This document shows positions 46,585 through 57,129 of a stretch of DNA of 64,000 nt, in pieces (the stretch's first letter is position 1; each line of letters opens with the position of its first letter). Origin of the DNA: Muribaculaceae bacterium (GTDB taxonomy: Bacteria > Bacteroidota > Bacteroidia > Bacteroidales > Muribaculaceae); NCBI GenBank assembly GCA_017473615.1, contig JAFUKL010000024.1, positions 4,029 to 68,028 on the forward strand. Direction: 5' to 3'. The position numbers and the translations under genes were made by a program. The notes under the pieces are model-generated. The model was not told where the DNA came from, made no database searches, and saw only the letters and a list, made by a program, of their open reading frames with translations.

Positions 46585-47976
46585 TTAGACGTTAGCAGGA
46601 TTGGTTATCTTGCCGGTGATTGCAGCAGCTGCTGCTACCAGCGGACCGGCTAATATAGTGCGTGAACCCGGACCTTGGCGACCTTCAAAATTACGGTTGG
46701 ATGTAGATACTGCATATTTCCCTGCAGGAATCTTGTCTTCGTTCATTGCAAGGCATGCCGAACAACCCGGTTGGCGCAATTCAAACCCGGCTGCGTTAAG
46801 AATCTTGTCTAATCCCTCTTCACGTATTTGCTTGTCTACACCCCAAGACCCGGGAACAAGCCAAGCAGTAACGTTGTCGGCTTTTTTCTTACCTTTGACA
46901 AAATTGGCGAATGCGCGAAAATCTTCAATGCGTCCGTTGGTGCATGAGCCAAGAAAAACATAATCGATAGGATGACCTTCAAGTTTCTGTCCTGCCTTGA
47001 ATCCCATATAATCAAGTGACTTTTGGAAAGAAATTTTACCTGCTTCATCTATACGGTCGATAGTGGGGATGGTGTCTTCGATACCCATGCCCATACCCGG
47101 ATTAGTACCGTATGTGATACGTGGATTGATGTCGGCTGCATCAAAGTTTATCTCTTTGTCGAATACAGCATCTTCGTCGCTCTTCAAGGTTCTCCAGTAG
47201 CTGACAGCTTTGTCCCATGCCTCACCTTTTGGGGCAAATTCGCGTCCTTTCACGTATTCAAATGTCGTTTCATCGGGAGCTATCATGCCGCCGCGTGCGC
47301 CCATTTCGATGCTTAGGTTGCACACGGTCATACGCTCTTCCATAGACAAATTGCGTATAGCTTCACCTGCATACTCGACGAAATATCCGGTGGCACCGCC
47401 TGTAGTCATCTTGCTGATGATGTACAATGCAATATCCTTGGCAGTAACAAAAGGTTTCAACTTACCGTTTACGTTGATACGCATTGTTTTGGGTTTGGGC
47501 TGAAGTATGCATTGTGATGCCAGCACCATTTCCACTTCGCTTGTTCCTATTCCGAAAGCTACAGCTCCGAAAGCACCATGAGTGGAAGTGTGGCTGTCTC
47601 CGCACACTATAGTATATCCCGGCAGTGTAAGTCCGTTTTCAGGACCGATTACGTGAATGATGCCGTTTTTAGGGTGTCCGAGACCATATAATGTTACGCC
47701 GAATTCATTGGCATTCTTGGTGAGTGTTTCCACTTGATTGCGTGAGACGGGGTCTTGTATGGGTTTATCCTGATTGAGTGTTGGAATGTTGTGGTCGGGA
47801 GAGCAGAATGTCTTTTCCGGACGGAAAACCTTGATTCCGCGTTCTCTCAATCCGGCAAATGCTTGAGGGCTTGTAACCTCATGACAGTAGTGACGATCGA
47901 TGTAAAGTTGTGAAGGTCCTCCGGGAATCAAGTTAACCACATGTGCATCCCATATTTTGTCAAATAGAGTGTTCAT
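46585..47976 (-). CDS. leuC: 3-isopropylmalate dehydratase large subunit
   Basis: Aconitase-family motifs [21 protein letters not shown] and NRNFEGRQG. Confidence 0.95.
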   Translation of the reverse strand: MNTLFDKIWDAHVVNLIPGGPSQLYIDRHYCHEVTSPQAFAGLRERGIKVFRPEKTFCSPDHNIPTLNQDKPIQDPVSRNQVETLTKNANEFGVTLYGLGHPKNGIIHVIGPENGLTLPGYTIVCGDSHTSTHGAFGAVAFGIGTSEVEMVLASQCILQPKPKTMRINVNGKLKPFVTAKDIALYIISKMTTGGATGYFVEYAGEAIRNLSMEERMTVCNLSIEMGARGGMIAPDETTFEYVKGREFAPKGEAWDKAVSYWRTLKSDEDAVFDKEINFDAADINPRITYGTNPGMGMGIEDTIPTIDRIDEAGKISFQKSLDYMGFKAGQKLEGHPIDYVFLGSCTNGRIEDFRAFANFVKGKKKADNVTAWLVPGSWGVDKQIREEGLDKILNAAGFELRQPGCSACLAMNEDKIPAGKYAVSTSNRNFEGRQGPGSRTILAGPLVAAAAAITGKITNPANV

Positions 47977-48010
47977 AATGAAAAATGTGAGTTTTATTGA
48001 ATGTTATTAA

Positions 48011-49510
48011 TTAATGAACAAATTTGTTTATTGCGTCGATAAACGCTTCGGTTGAGGCTGCCACAATGTCGGTATTGGCAGAGAATCCGTAATAGTGGTT
48101 GCCCTCATATTCTACCGTCATGTGCACTTTACCTACATCATTGCTTCCGCGTGTGATAGCTTGGATTAAGAACTCTTGTACTACCATGTGCCGGTGAATG
48201 ATTTGCTTTATTGCTGTAATAGCTGCGTCTACCGGTCCGTTTCCGGTGGCACACGCTTCAAATTTTTCACCTGCAATACTCAAGCCTACACTGGCTACTG
48301 AGCGTACACCAACACCTGAAGTTACCTGCAGATATTCTAACTTGATGCGAGCATCTTTGTCGCGGTGTTTGCCGGCAAGTACCAAAATGTCATCATCGGT
48401 GATGTTTTTCTTGCGATCGGCAAGTTTCAGAAATTCTTGGTAGGCTATGTCAAGTTCTTCTTTAGTCATTTCTATGCCAAGGACTTGCAGACGGTGTTTA
48501 AGTGCTGCATGTCCGCTGCGTGCTGTAAGCACGATTGAATTAGGATCCTCTATGCCCACATCTTTAGGGTCGATGATTTCGTAGCTTTCACGATTTTTTA
48601 ATACGCCGTCTTGATGTATGCCCGATGAGTGCGCAAATGCATTGCGTCCCACAATAGCTTTGTTGGGCTGTATTGGCATATTCATAAGGCTTGATACCAT
48701 ACGGCTGGTTTTATATATCTTTGTCGTATTGATATTCGTTGTGATATCAAGATCCTTATGGCTCTTGAATATCATTGCCACTTCTTCAAGTGATGTGTTA
48801 CCGGCTCGTTCACCGATACCGTTTATGGTGACTTCTGCTTGTCGTGCACCGTTAAGGATACCTGATATGGTATTGGCGGTAGCCATGCCCAAATCGTTGT
48901 GGCAGTGTGTGGCAATCGTAACCTTATCTATTCCGTCGACATGGTCGATGAGGTATTTGATTTTTGCTCCAAATTCAGCAGGAAGGCAATATCCTGTGGT
49001 GTCAGGTATGTTTATTACGGTTGCGCCGGCTTTTATTACAGCCTCTACCACCTGTGCCAGATATTCATTGTCGGTGCGTCCTGCGTCTTCGGCATAGAAT
49101 TGTACATCTTCAACATGTTTCTTGGCGTACTTCACACAAGCGATGGCACGCTCGAGGATTTCTTCACGTGTGCTGTTGAATTTGTATTTGATATGGTAAT
49201 CGGAAGTCCCAATACCTGTGTGTATGCGTTTACGTTTTGCATAACGCAAAGCTTCGGCAGCCACATAGATGTCTTTTTCTACGGCTCTGGTAAGAGCGCA
49301 GATGCTGGGCCATGTCACGGCTTTGGAAATTTCAATGACCGAATTATAGTCACCGGGACTTGATACAGGAAAACCGGCTTCGATGACATCTACACCAAGA
49401 CTTTCCAGTGCTTTTGCCACTTGTATTTTTTCTACGGTATTAAGTTGGCATCCCGGAACTTGCTCTCCGTCTCTAAGTGTTGTGTCAAAAATGAATAGTC
49501 TGTTGCTCAT
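48011..49510 (-). CDS. leuA: 2-isopropylmalate synthase
   Basis: [23 protein letters not shown] and a C-terminal LeuA allosteric domain. Confidence 0.95.
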   Translation of the reverse strand: MSNRLFIFDTTLRDGEQVPGCQLNTVEKIQVAKALESLGVDVIEAGFPVSSPGDYNSVIEISKAVTWPSICALTRAVEKDIYVAAEALRYAKRKRIHTGIGTSDYHIKYKFNSTREEILERAIACVKYAKKHVEDVQFYAEDAGRTDNEYLAQVVEAVIKAGATVINIPDTTGYCLPAEFGAKIKYLIDHVDGIDKVTIATHCHNDLGMATANTISGILNGARQAEVTINGIGERAGNTSLEEVAMIFKSHKDLDITTNINTTKIYKTSRMVSSLMNMPIQPNKAIVGRNAFAHSSGIHQDGVLKNRESYEIIDPKDVGIEDPNSIVLTARSGHAALKHRLQVLGIEMTKEELDIAYQEFLKLADRKKNITDDDILVLAGKHRDKDARIKLEYLQVTSGVGVRSVASVGLSIAGEKFEACATGNGPVDAAITAIKQIIHRHMVVQEFLIQAITRGSNDVGKVHMTVEYEGNHYYGFSANTDIVAASTEAFIDAINKFVH

Positions 49511-49534
49511 ATTTATGTCGATTGTAGTTATTCT

Positions 49535-49570
49535 AAAATAAAAAACCTTTCTCGTTTTTCAAGAAAGGTC
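49535..49570 (-). terminator. Hairpin plus U-run between the leader ORF and leuA (candidate attenuator terminator)
   Basis: The minus strand reads acctttcttgaaaaacgagaaaggtttttttatttt. The stem is 49546-49552/49562-49568. It lies 25 nt upstream of the leuA ATG. Confidence 0.65.
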
Positions 49571-49626
49571 GTATATAAAGCGTCTTTGTTTATCATTAAA
49601 AAAGTCAACCAGATATATAACCTTAA

Positions 49627-49695
49627 TCATTGCTTGATAATAATACCCAGCAGCAGAAGAATGGAAATAAGTATGTTTGACAAATTGTAGTTCAT
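49627..49695 (-). CDS. Candidate leu-operon leader peptide (22 aa): MNYNLSNILISILLLLGIIIKQ
   Basis: My own translation of the minus strand. It has four consecutive Leu codons (ctt ctg ctg ctg) and three consecutive Ile codons, ~55 nt upstream of a terminator hairpin and ~115 nt upstream of leuA. Confidence 0.5.
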   Translation of the reverse strand: MNYNLSNILISILLLLGIIIKQ

Positions 49696-49866
49696 ATTAT
49701 GAGTTCACTTTAATTGTCGCAAATTTAGTTATTAAATTGAGTATATACAAATAAATGACGTGTTTTTATAGGTAAATGTGATAAAATATTACTTTTGTGG
49801 TGTGTTTTTCTTTCATTTTAATACAAAAAGTTCTATTTTGTGCAACGATTATCAATTTGCGAAGGG

Positions 49867-49910
49867 AATAAAAAAGCGTCCAATCGGGATGGATTGAACG
49901 CTTAGCAATT
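49867..49910 (-). terminator. Intrinsic terminator (minus strand) after the 342-aa gene. The 44-nt block is identical to 54266-54309.
   Basis: The minus strand reads aattgctaagcgttcaatccatcccgattggacgcttttttatt. Confidence 0.7.
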
Positions 49911-50014
49911 ATATATTGTTGTTAAGATTTTAGTAGTAAGTCTGCTATTGCCTTAAATTTAGATGAAATACTCATTGTTTAATGCTTACCCGATATTATT
50001 CAAGTTGTAAAAGT

Positions 50015-51043
50015 TTATTGTATTATTTGCTTCTGTGTTTTCTTATCTAATTTGTAAAGTTTACCATCAGACCATAGAAAAGCAGTGCTGTTAGAACTGA
50101 CTCTTGTTACAAATAAAATTTGGGAGAAATCCGAAGTATAGTATGCCACAGTTTCGGTTTTTGGATTCTCTGTTTCAAAAACACATTTATCTTCAAATCG
50201 AGAGGTTATGACAGCTTTATCCTTTGTTTTGATTTGTAGTGATAAGTTCTCAAATATTCCATTTTTACTTTCATCGGCATATTTATGAACGTCTATGATG
50301 GTGTTAGAGTCAACAGTCTCAGCTAATCCTGCTACGTCGGCTGACGCTACAGAAGAAAGAGCCTTGCCAAAATTAAATTTCTTTTTTGTTGCAAGACCTA
50401 TTTGTCCGGAGGATAGTAAATTTTCAAAAACAGATTTGGTCTTATATTCGGGTGTTGCTTTATATTTGATTTCGGCTTGGCGCTTTTCTTCTTCAGCGGC
50501 AGCTTTTTCCGCAGCTTCTTTTTCTTTTTCTGCTTTTCGTTCCAGAACATCATATATTTCGCTGTTGCACAATGTGATTCCAAATTCTTTCGTAATTTCA
50601 GAACCCTCTTTTGACATAATTATATTTCCCAAGACATCGACAAAAGCTTCAGGGTATTTGTATTCATGTTTAAGAATGTCGTAAAATTCATGTGTTTCGT
50701 CTAGCTCAAAAGCTTTTATAGTTCCATCCATGGTTGTATTTGCTGAGTGAATAGCTTGACCAGAAAAATCCATAAGGCTCTTTGATGTTAATTTAAATTT
50801 TATTTTATTGTCTTCAACCCATGCCTTGCCTTTTAATCTGAGTCCAATACCACTATCGGTGACCTCTCCTTTAAGTTCACACTCATTACCGGCAACAGAA
50901 ACTATGTTTAACCTAAAAGCAAAAGGTCTAAGTGCTGACCATACAGCGTCTTTGCTCGCAAATCTGTTCCATGTGTCATTTTGTGCGAAAGAGCATAGTG
51001 TAAACAGCATAATAAAAGCTGTTGTGATAGTTATTTTTCTCAT
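50015..51043 (-). CDS. Secreted protein with a central charged coiled-coil (342 aa), function unknown
   Basis: It has a signal peptide (ITTAFIMLFTLCSFA) and the segment ERKAEKEKEAAEKAAAEEEKRQAEIK. Confidence 0.65.
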   Translation of the reverse strand: MRKITITTAFIMLFTLCSFAQNDTWNRFASKDAVWSALRPFAFRLNIVSVAGNECELKGEVTDSGIGLRLKGKAWVEDNKIKFKLTSKSLMDFSGQAIHSANTTMDGTIKAFELDETHEFYDILKHEYKYPEAFVDVLGNIIMSKEGSEITKEFGITLCNSEIYDVLERKAEKEKEAAEKAAAEEEKRQAEIKYKATPEYKTKSVFENLLSSGQIGLATKKKFNFGKALSSVASADVAGLAETVDSNTIIDVHKYADESKNGIFENLSLQIKTKDKAVITSRFEDKCVFETENPKTETVAYYTSDFSQILFVTRVSSNSTAFLWSDGKLYKLDKKTQKQIIQ

Positions 51044-51107
51044 ATTGATAATTATTAGATTAGTATAAATATTTTTTGTAATGAAATTTGTAGCTAAAAA
51101 AATGCGT

Positions 51108-53009
51108 TTATAGGATTACTTTGAAATATTTGTTGTTTACTTTCACTATGTACAAGCCTTTTACTGTAACCGGTATTGTTGTAGCATTACCGCAATATAC
51201 GCATTGACCGTTCATGTTGTAAACTTCCACATTTACATTATCAGCAGTGCCATTTATTATGATATTTCCATTTTCAACAGAAACCGCCACATCATTATCT
51301 GCAAGAGTTGATTCAACTCCCGACATATCCATTTCCTGTATTGTTAAGAAATTGTTCCAAGGAGCTGTTATCTGGTATAGATATAATGAACCTGTTGGAA
51401 TATATAGTGTGGCATTGTTGTAAACAGTGTCGGAGAATATGTTACCGTAAGCATAAGCCGGTTTTTCCTTACGCGATACGATACTATTTAGAGCGGTGCA
51501 ACCATAGAACGCCTGTTCGCTAAATGTCATAATCTTACTACCAAGAGTTAAGTTGGTCAGTCCGCTACATTCACGAAACGCACCACCTCCTATTTCAGTT
51601 ACACTATCAGGAATTGTCAGTTCTGTTAGTCCTGCACAACCATAAAATGCTCTGTCTCCGATATACGTTACATTACTGGGTATCGTTAGCTCAGTCAGTC
51701 CGCTACAACCTTCAAATGCACCACCTCCTATTTCATTTACGTTATTGCCAATTGTCAATTCTGTTAGTCTGCTACAATCTTTAAACGCACCATCTCCTAT
51801 TTCGGTTACGTTATCAGGAATTGTTAGTTCAGTGAGTCCTGTACATTGAGAAAACGCATAATCAGGTATTGTTTTCACGTTATCTCCTATTGTAAGTTTT
51901 GACAATGAAGGACTATCACTAAAACAATTATATGCCATAGTACAACTTTCAGCGTTATAAACAACTTCAGTCAGTCCGCTGCAACCTGAAAACGCTCCGA
52001 GTCCTATTTCGGTTACGCTATTACCAATTGTTATACTCGTCAGTCCGGAACAACCCATAAACGCTGATTCTCCAATAGAAGTTACGCTGTTAGGAATTCT
52101 TACTTCTGTCAGCCCAGTGCAGCCATAAAACGCATACTCAGGTATTATTTTTACATTATCTCCTATTGTAAGTTTTGACAATAATTTACAATCATCAAAA
52201 ACATAAAAAAGAAGACTACCCATAGTTTTACAAATATTTGCGTTAAAAAACACTTCAGTAAGCTTGGTACAATTACCAAACGCCCAGTTACCAATATAAG
52301 TCACACTATTGGGGATTGTCAGTTCTGTCAGTCCTGTGCAACCGTAAAATGCGCTACCTCCGATAGATGTCACACTATTTGGAATTGTCAGTTCAGTGAG
52401 TCCGGTACAATCGCTAAACGCAACTCCTGCAATTAATCGGGTATCATCGTTAAGTACCAAAGTCCCTGAAGGTTTATCACCTTTATATCCTAAGCAACAA
52501 TCATCTAAGTATAATATTCCATTAGGTTGATTGTTATACCAGCCTGAATCTTCGAAAGCATTTTGTCCAATGCTGGTAACGGAATTTGGTATTGTTATTT
52601 CAGTCAGTCCGCTGCAACCTGAAAACGCTCCGTCTCCTATTTCGGTTACACTATCAGGAATTAACAGTTCTGTCAGTCCTGCACAACCATAAAATGCTCT
52701 GTCTCCGATAGACGTTACACTATTGGGTATCGTTATTTCAGTCAGTCCTGTGCAGTTCCTAAACGCATTTGTACCAATAGATGTCACCCTATAAGTTTTA
52801 TCTTGATAGGTAACGTTATTGGGAATGACGACATCGTTTGTATATTCATATTCATAGTATGAATAATATGTAACCTCACAAGTTATGTCCGTTGTTGAAG
52901 TAATGTTATAATAGATGCTATCTACTTCAAAGTCGTATGCTGATAAAGTTCCGCTTGATGTAACCAATGCGACTATCGCAAGGATTGTTCTTAATATTGA
53001 TTTTTTCAT
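51108..53009 (-). CDS. BspA-like leucine-rich-repeat surface protein with a T9SS C-terminal sorting domain (paralog of 37089-38909)
   Basis: It has a signal peptide, many IPNSVTSIGxxAFxGCxGLTE repeats, and the C-terminal VYNMNGQCVY...GLYIVKVNNKYFKVIL sorting-domain pattern. Confidence 0.9.
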   Translation of the reverse strand: MKKSILRTILAIVALVTSSGTLSAYDFEVDSIYYNITSTTDITCEVTYYSYYEYEYTNDVVIPNNVTYQDKTYRVTSIGTNAFRNCTGLTEITIPNSVTSIGDRAFYGCAGLTELLIPDSVTEIGDGAFSGCSGLTEITIPNSVTSIGQNAFEDSGWYNNQPNGILYLDDCCLGYKGDKPSGTLVLNDDTRLIAGVAFSDCTGLTELTIPNSVTSIGGSAFYGCTGLTELTIPNSVTYIGNWAFGNCTKLTEVFFNANICKTMGSLLFYVFDDCKLLSKLTIGDNVKIIPEYAFYGCTGLTEVRIPNSVTSIGESAFMGCSGLTSITIGNSVTEIGLGAFSGCSGLTEVVYNAESCTMAYNCFSDSPSLSKLTIGDNVKTIPDYAFSQCTGLTELTIPDNVTEIGDGAFKDCSRLTELTIGNNVNEIGGGAFEGCSGLTELTIPSNVTYIGDRAFYGCAGLTELTIPDSVTEIGGGAFRECSGLTNLTLGSKIMTFSEQAFYGCTALNSIVSRKEKPAYAYGNIFSDTVYNNATLYIPTGSLYLYQITAPWNNFLTIQEMDMSGVESTLADNDVAVSVENGNIIINGTADNVNVEVYNMNGQCVYCGNATTIPVTVKGLYIVKVNNKYFKVIL

Positions 53010-53018
53010 AAGTGGGAA

Positions 53019-53738
53019 TTATTTTAGGGATTTACATTTAAAAGGAATGGGAAAAGATGCTGTAAGAGTTTCTGATGTCACGCAATGAGCCTTTATATAT
53101 TCCACCAACTCTTCCGGACAGCGACTATAGCAAAAATCGCGTGGCAATGACGGGTGAATCTCACTTGGTATATCTACGTAATTTCCTTTAGGGAAATAAT
53201 AGAATTCTTCGCATACAAGCACGGCATCTGCTTTCAAATCGCTCTCCGTCCAACCCTGATGATTTTTTCCGGCTCTTTGTCGATAACCCTTGTCGGCACT
53301 TTCACACGGTTCGTAAATGTTGTCTCCACATTTGCGGTAGCAGTCGTTATCCTCATCGGATACGGTCGCTGAACCGCAACACGGTTTCGTGGTTTTCTTG
53401 GGATTGGAAACTGTTGCTCCGCTGCAAGATGATGGTTCGCTCGCAACGGATTGTTCGATTGGTCGTTTCTCCGGGAAAAGTTGCCAGTACTCGGCAAATG
53501 TGAGTTTTCCTGTGATTTTTGCAAGATAGACAAGTTTTTCTTCACCTATTTTCTGTTTAGGATTCAATGGCTTTCCTGTAAAGCCTGCAATCCAATCACC
53601 GGGTTTGGCAACTCGACGAATGTTAGGCTTGCAGGTGGCAAGGGTGAGTACACCGTAGAATGGATTTGGTGCAAAACCTGTGTCACACGTCATTTTGTAG
53701 CAAAAGACTTTCATAAACACTGTTTTTGTGTTTCTCAA
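53019..53738 (-). CDS. Cys-rich cytoplasmic protein (239 aa), possibly Nmad2-like; function unknown
   Basis: The N-terminal pattern YKMTCDTGFAPNPFYGVLTLATCKPNIRRVAKPGDWIAGF resembles, from memory, the nucleotide-modification-associated domain 2 family. The likely start is the internal MKVFCYKM. The gap to the LRR gene is 9 nt. Confidence 0.6.
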   Translation of the reverse strand: MRNTKTVFMKVFCYKMTCDTGFAPNPFYGVLTLATCKPNIRRVAKPGDWIAGFTGKPLNPKQKIGEEKLVYLAKITGKLTFAEYWQLFPEKRPIEQSVASEPSSCSGATVSNPKKTTKPCCGSATVSDEDNDCYRKCGDNIYEPCESADKGYRQRAGKNHQGWTESDLKADAVLVCEEFYYFPKGNYVDIPSEIHPSLPRDFCYSRCPEELVEYIKAHCVTSETLTASFPIPFKCKSLK

Positions 53739-53844
53739 TCTCCCAATGAAACAGGTTAATATTCATTTTCCTATTGTGTCGTGTTTGTGAGGTCATTTTT
53801 TTGTAGCACCTTTCAAGTGCGAGAGAGGGACTTGCAAGCGGACA

Positions 53845-54083
53845 CAAAAAAGGTGTGGAGATTGTACTTCTGTTTTATCTCAAATTCAGGCTCTCGCATT
53901 GCCTTTGCAGTAGATAAAACAATAGCTCCCACACCGATATTGCTATATGATACCACACAACAGTGGCATAGATATAGGCAACCGACGCAGGTGCTATTGC
54001 CAATCTTATCTTCACTGCATTATCAAACTTGCGAGATTTGAATTTGGAAGACAAAATTTCAATAACACCTTTCGTTAATATGT
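53845..54083 (-). ncRNA. Conserved candidate structured 5' leader RNA (copy 2)
   Basis: It is homologous to 38960-39185. Helices are 53892-53898/54030-54036, 53906-53911/54014-54019 (compensatory relative to copy 1) and 53920-53926/53993-53999. Confidence 0.5.
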
Positions 54084-54124
54084 AAAGACACTTCTGCCAA
54101 CTCTTTGACTTAATGTCTTCGTTA

Positions 54125-54132
54125 CAAAATTA
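54125..54132 (-). promoter_or_regulatory. Candidate -7 box TAATTTTG (minus strand) upstream of leader copy 2
   Basis: It matches TAnnTTTG ~40 nt upstream of the conserved element. Confidence 0.4.
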
Positions 54133-54265
54133 ATGAAAAAATGTTGTGGTGAGAGCTTAATCCACGAAAATATTTAATAAAAAGTTTTTTCGTGGTAAAA
54201 ATATCGATAGATATTATACCTTTTCAAGTGCTGTAGAGAAAGAGATTAGTGCTCCCGTCATTTGA

Positions 54266-54309
54266 AATAAAAAAGCGTCCAATCGGGATGGATTGAACGC
54301 TTAGCAATT
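54266..54309 (-). terminator. Intrinsic terminator of rpoD (44-nt block identical to 49867-49910)
   Basis: It has the same hairpin plus T-run and lies 14 nt downstream of the rpoD stop. Confidence 0.75.
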
Positions 54310-54322
54310 CTTCTATGGAGAA

Positions 54323-55183
54323 TCAGTCTCCTAAATATGTCTTTAATAGCCGGCTCTTTTGTCCTTTAAGCCTGCGGATAGCCTTTTCCTTGATTTGGCG
54401 TACACGCTCGCGAGTGAGGTCGAATTTAGCACCGATTTCTTCAAGTGTCATTTCTTGGCAACCGATACCGAAGAACATCTTCAGTATGTCGCGTTCGCGT
54501 TCGTGTAGTTGGTTAAGCGCACGATCTACTTCCTTTGACAAGGATTCCTGATTCAGTGAAGAGTCTGCCATAGGGGAGTCGTCATTGGTAAGTACGTCGA
54601 GCAGGCTGTTGTCTTCGCCTTCTACAAACGGTGCATCTACTGAGATGTGACGACCGGAAACTTTCAGTGTGTCAGAAATCTTATCTACCGGAATTTCCAA
54701 TTGTTCTGCCAATTCTTCGGCAGATGGACGACGCTCATTCTCTTGCTCAAATTTTGAAAGGGCTTTACCAATCTTGTTTAGCGAACCTACTTGATTTAGC
54801 GGAAGTCGTACAATGCGAGATTGCTCAGCCAAAGCCTGCAAAATAGATTGACGAATCCACCACACTGCGTAAGAGATAAACTTGAAACCGCGTGTTTCGT
54901 CGAATTTCTGAGCTGCCTTAATCAAGCCGAGATTACCTTCATTAATTAAGTCGGGCAGACTTAATCCTTGGTTCTGGTATTGTTTTGCTACGGAAACAAC
55001 GAAACGGAGATTGGCACGCGTCAATTTCTCCAATGCTGCGTGGTCGCCTTTCTTGATCGCTTGCGCCAACTCAACTTCTTCTTCAACGGTGATAAGTTCT
55101 TCACGACCTATCTCTTGAAGGTATTTGTCAAGCGATGCGCTTTCACGATTGGTAATTGATTTTGTAATCTTTAATTGTCTCAT
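54323..55183 (-). CDS. rpoD: Primary RNA polymerase sigma factor (Bacteroidetes-type short RpoD)
   Basis: Region 2 ([12 protein letters not shown], [21 protein letters not shown] [28 protein letters not shown]), region 3 and region 4 ([23 protein letters not shown]). Confidence 0.95.
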   Translation of the reverse strand: MRQLKITKSITNRESASLDKYLQEIGREELITVEEEVELAQAIKKGDHAALEKLTRANLRFVVSVAKQYQNQGLSLPDLINEGNLGLIKAAQKFDETRGFKFISYAVWWIRQSILQALAEQSRIVRLPLNQVGSLNKIGKALSKFEQENERRPSAEELAEQLEIPVDKISDTLKVSGRHISVDAPFVEGEDNSLLDVLTNDDSPMADSSLNQESLSKEVDRALNQLHERERDILKMFFGIGCQEMTLEEIGAKFDLTRERVRQIKEKAIRRLKGQKSRLLKTYLGD

Positions 55184-55445
55184 TTTTTACACTAAGAGAA
55201 TTTAAAATCATGCAAAGATAGGAGATTTTTTTGAGAAATGCTAATCTTTGGCTTAAAAACTCCCAATCCTATTATTTATAGATAAATCCTGTAGTATAAC
55301 ACCGATGGAATAATGTTTATTGTGCGCTTGGCAAACTTTAACAAAAAACAGAATCAGATTCCTTAACTTCATTAATTTTGTGCAAAAAATAAGAGTACAA
55401 CCAAGATAAGTTGCACTCTTACAATATAGTATAATTCTATTTTTA

Positions 55446-56939
55446 TCAATCGGTAAGTTTCACGGCATATACATCTTCAGTACCGTTGGGATGATAGCCT
55501 ATTACAATCATAACTTTGCGCTTATTAGGGTTGCTCATTATGGAATTGTATATGCTTTCCACATCGTCGCGACTGTTTACCGGGGTACTGTTGATTTCTG
55601 TGATTACGAACCCTTCTTTGATACCGGCATTGCGGAATTTGCCGGCTTTCAGGCTTACGACTTCCACACCATTGTTGATTTGCAGCTCTTTCTTCTTTTC
55701 ATCATCGATGGTAAGGAATCCGCACCCTAATGATGACACTGAAGAAGATTTTGTCAACTTGGTGTTGCCTTGGTCGTTGCGAAGGGTGGCTGTAGTCGTA
55801 TGTGTCTTATTGTCGCGGATATAGGTGATTTCCACGTTGTCACCCGGGCGCAACTTGTTCATCTGCTCCAAAAGTTGTCCGCTGTTCTTTACACTTGTAC
55901 CGTTCATCTTTATAATCACATCACCTTCTTGAAGTCCTGCCTGCATGGCTGCACTGCGTTCGTTCACGCTCGCAATGTATAGACCTTCGGAGGTGGCTGT
56001 AATACCTTTTTCTTTAGCCAATTCGGCTGTGAGCGGCTGATAAGTTACGCCGAGAACCGCTCTTTGTACACTGCCGTATTCTTTAAGGTCTTTCACTACC
56101 TTGCTGACGGTGGAAGATGGAATTGCGAAGGAGTAGCCGGCATAATTGCCGGTTTGTGAATATATGGCAGTGTTTATTCCTACCAATTCGCCGTTTATAT
56201 TCACGAGTGCGCCGCCGCTATTGCCTTGGTTTACAGCAGCATCGGTCTGTATGAAAGAGTCAATGGAATTGGCTCTTCTTGAAGTTACTTCACCGATATT
56301 ACGAGCTTTTGCGCTCACGATGCCGGCTGTTACAGTGGAGGTGAACCCAAACGGATTACCTACGGCAAGAACCCATTCTCCAACTTTTAGTGCGTCGGAA
56401 TCGCCGAAAGTGATGGCACTCAAATCATTAGCGTCCACTTTAAGTAGAGCCAAGTCGGTATCGGCATCGGAACCAATTACTTTTGCCACATATTTTTCAT
56501 TATTATTGAGGGTAACTTCAAGTTTCTCGGCACCCTTGATTACGTGGTTGTTGGTGACGATATATCCGTCAGAGGAAATGATAACACCCGAACCAAGTCC
56601 AAGCGGTTGCAGTTTTTCCTCTTGCTGGGGCTGTTGCTGTTGTTGGCGTGGCGTACTGCCTCCAAAACCGGGACCGAAGAAAAATTCAAACGGGTCGAAA
56701 TAGCGGTTTCCTTGATACTGCCGGTGTGCGCTTGCATAGGATTTGATACTAACCACACAGTTTATGGTATTTTCGGCAGCTACCGTAAAATCGGTATTGC
56801 TCGATGGAATACGGTTACTTGTACGTATGAAATTTTTGTCTTCTTTCCTGACGTAATAATTGTCGGCAACAACAGTAAGGGTTGAACCTAAAACGGCTGC
56901 TGCTAATAGAGCTAAAAATAATTTACCTGTTGTTTTCAT
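55446..56939 (-). CDS. htrA: HtrA/DegP-family periplasmic serine protease with two PDZ domains
   Basis: Catalytic triad contexts TNNHV, DLALLKV and GNSGGALVN. Two PDZ-like C-terminal regions. Confidence 0.95.
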   Translation of the reverse strand: MKTTGKLFLALLAAAVLGSTLTVVADNYYVRKEDKNFIRTSNRIPSSNTDFTVAAENTINCVVSIKSYASAHRQYQGNRYFDPFEFFFGPGFGGSTPRQQQQQPQQEEKLQPLGLGSGVIISSDGYIVTNNHVIKGAEKLEVTLNNNEKYVAKVIGSDADTDLALLKVDANDLSAITFGDSDALKVGEWVLAVGNPFGFTSTVTAGIVSAKARNIGEVTSRRANSIDSFIQTDAAVNQGNSGGALVNINGELVGINTAIYSQTGNYAGYSFAIPSSTVSKVVKDLKEYGSVQRAVLGVTYQPLTAELAKEKGITATSEGLYIASVNERSAAMQAGLQEGDVIIKMNGTSVKNSGQLLEQMNKLRPGDNVEITYIRDNKTHTTTATLRNDQGNTKLTKSSSVSSLGCGFLTIDDEKKKELQINNGVEVVSLKAGKFRNAGIKEGFVITEINSTPVNSRDDVESIYNSIMSNPNKRKVMIVIGYHPNGTEDVYAVKLTD

Positions 56940-57129
56940 AATCTTGTATTGTTAAAATGATATAGTTTTTAAAATTTCAATAGTTAAAAATTAACTTTTT
57001 AATTCATGACGTAAAAGTATATGATTATTTCAAAATAACGATATGTTTTGTGTGTTATTTAAGCTATTTTAATAGTGAAAAAAGGTGTTTTAAGCAATAT
57101 TTGTAATAAAAGTAGTACCTTTGCGTCAC

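Noticed and set aside
49786-49797. Plus-strand TACTTTTG promoter-like box (aaaatattacttttgtg, nearly identical to the one at 20836-20851) with no plus-strand gene downstream. It could be an sRNA promoter.
   Set aside because: No plus-strand terminator or conserved structure follows it. The downstream hairpin has its T-run only on the minus strand, and a single 8-mer match in AT-rich DNA is expected by chance.
53781-54041. 86-aa plus-strand ORF upstream of the Cys-rich gene.
   Set aside because: It coincides with the conserved non-coding element. The homologous region at 38960-39185 has no equivalent open frame, so the conservation is at nucleotide or structure level, not protein level.
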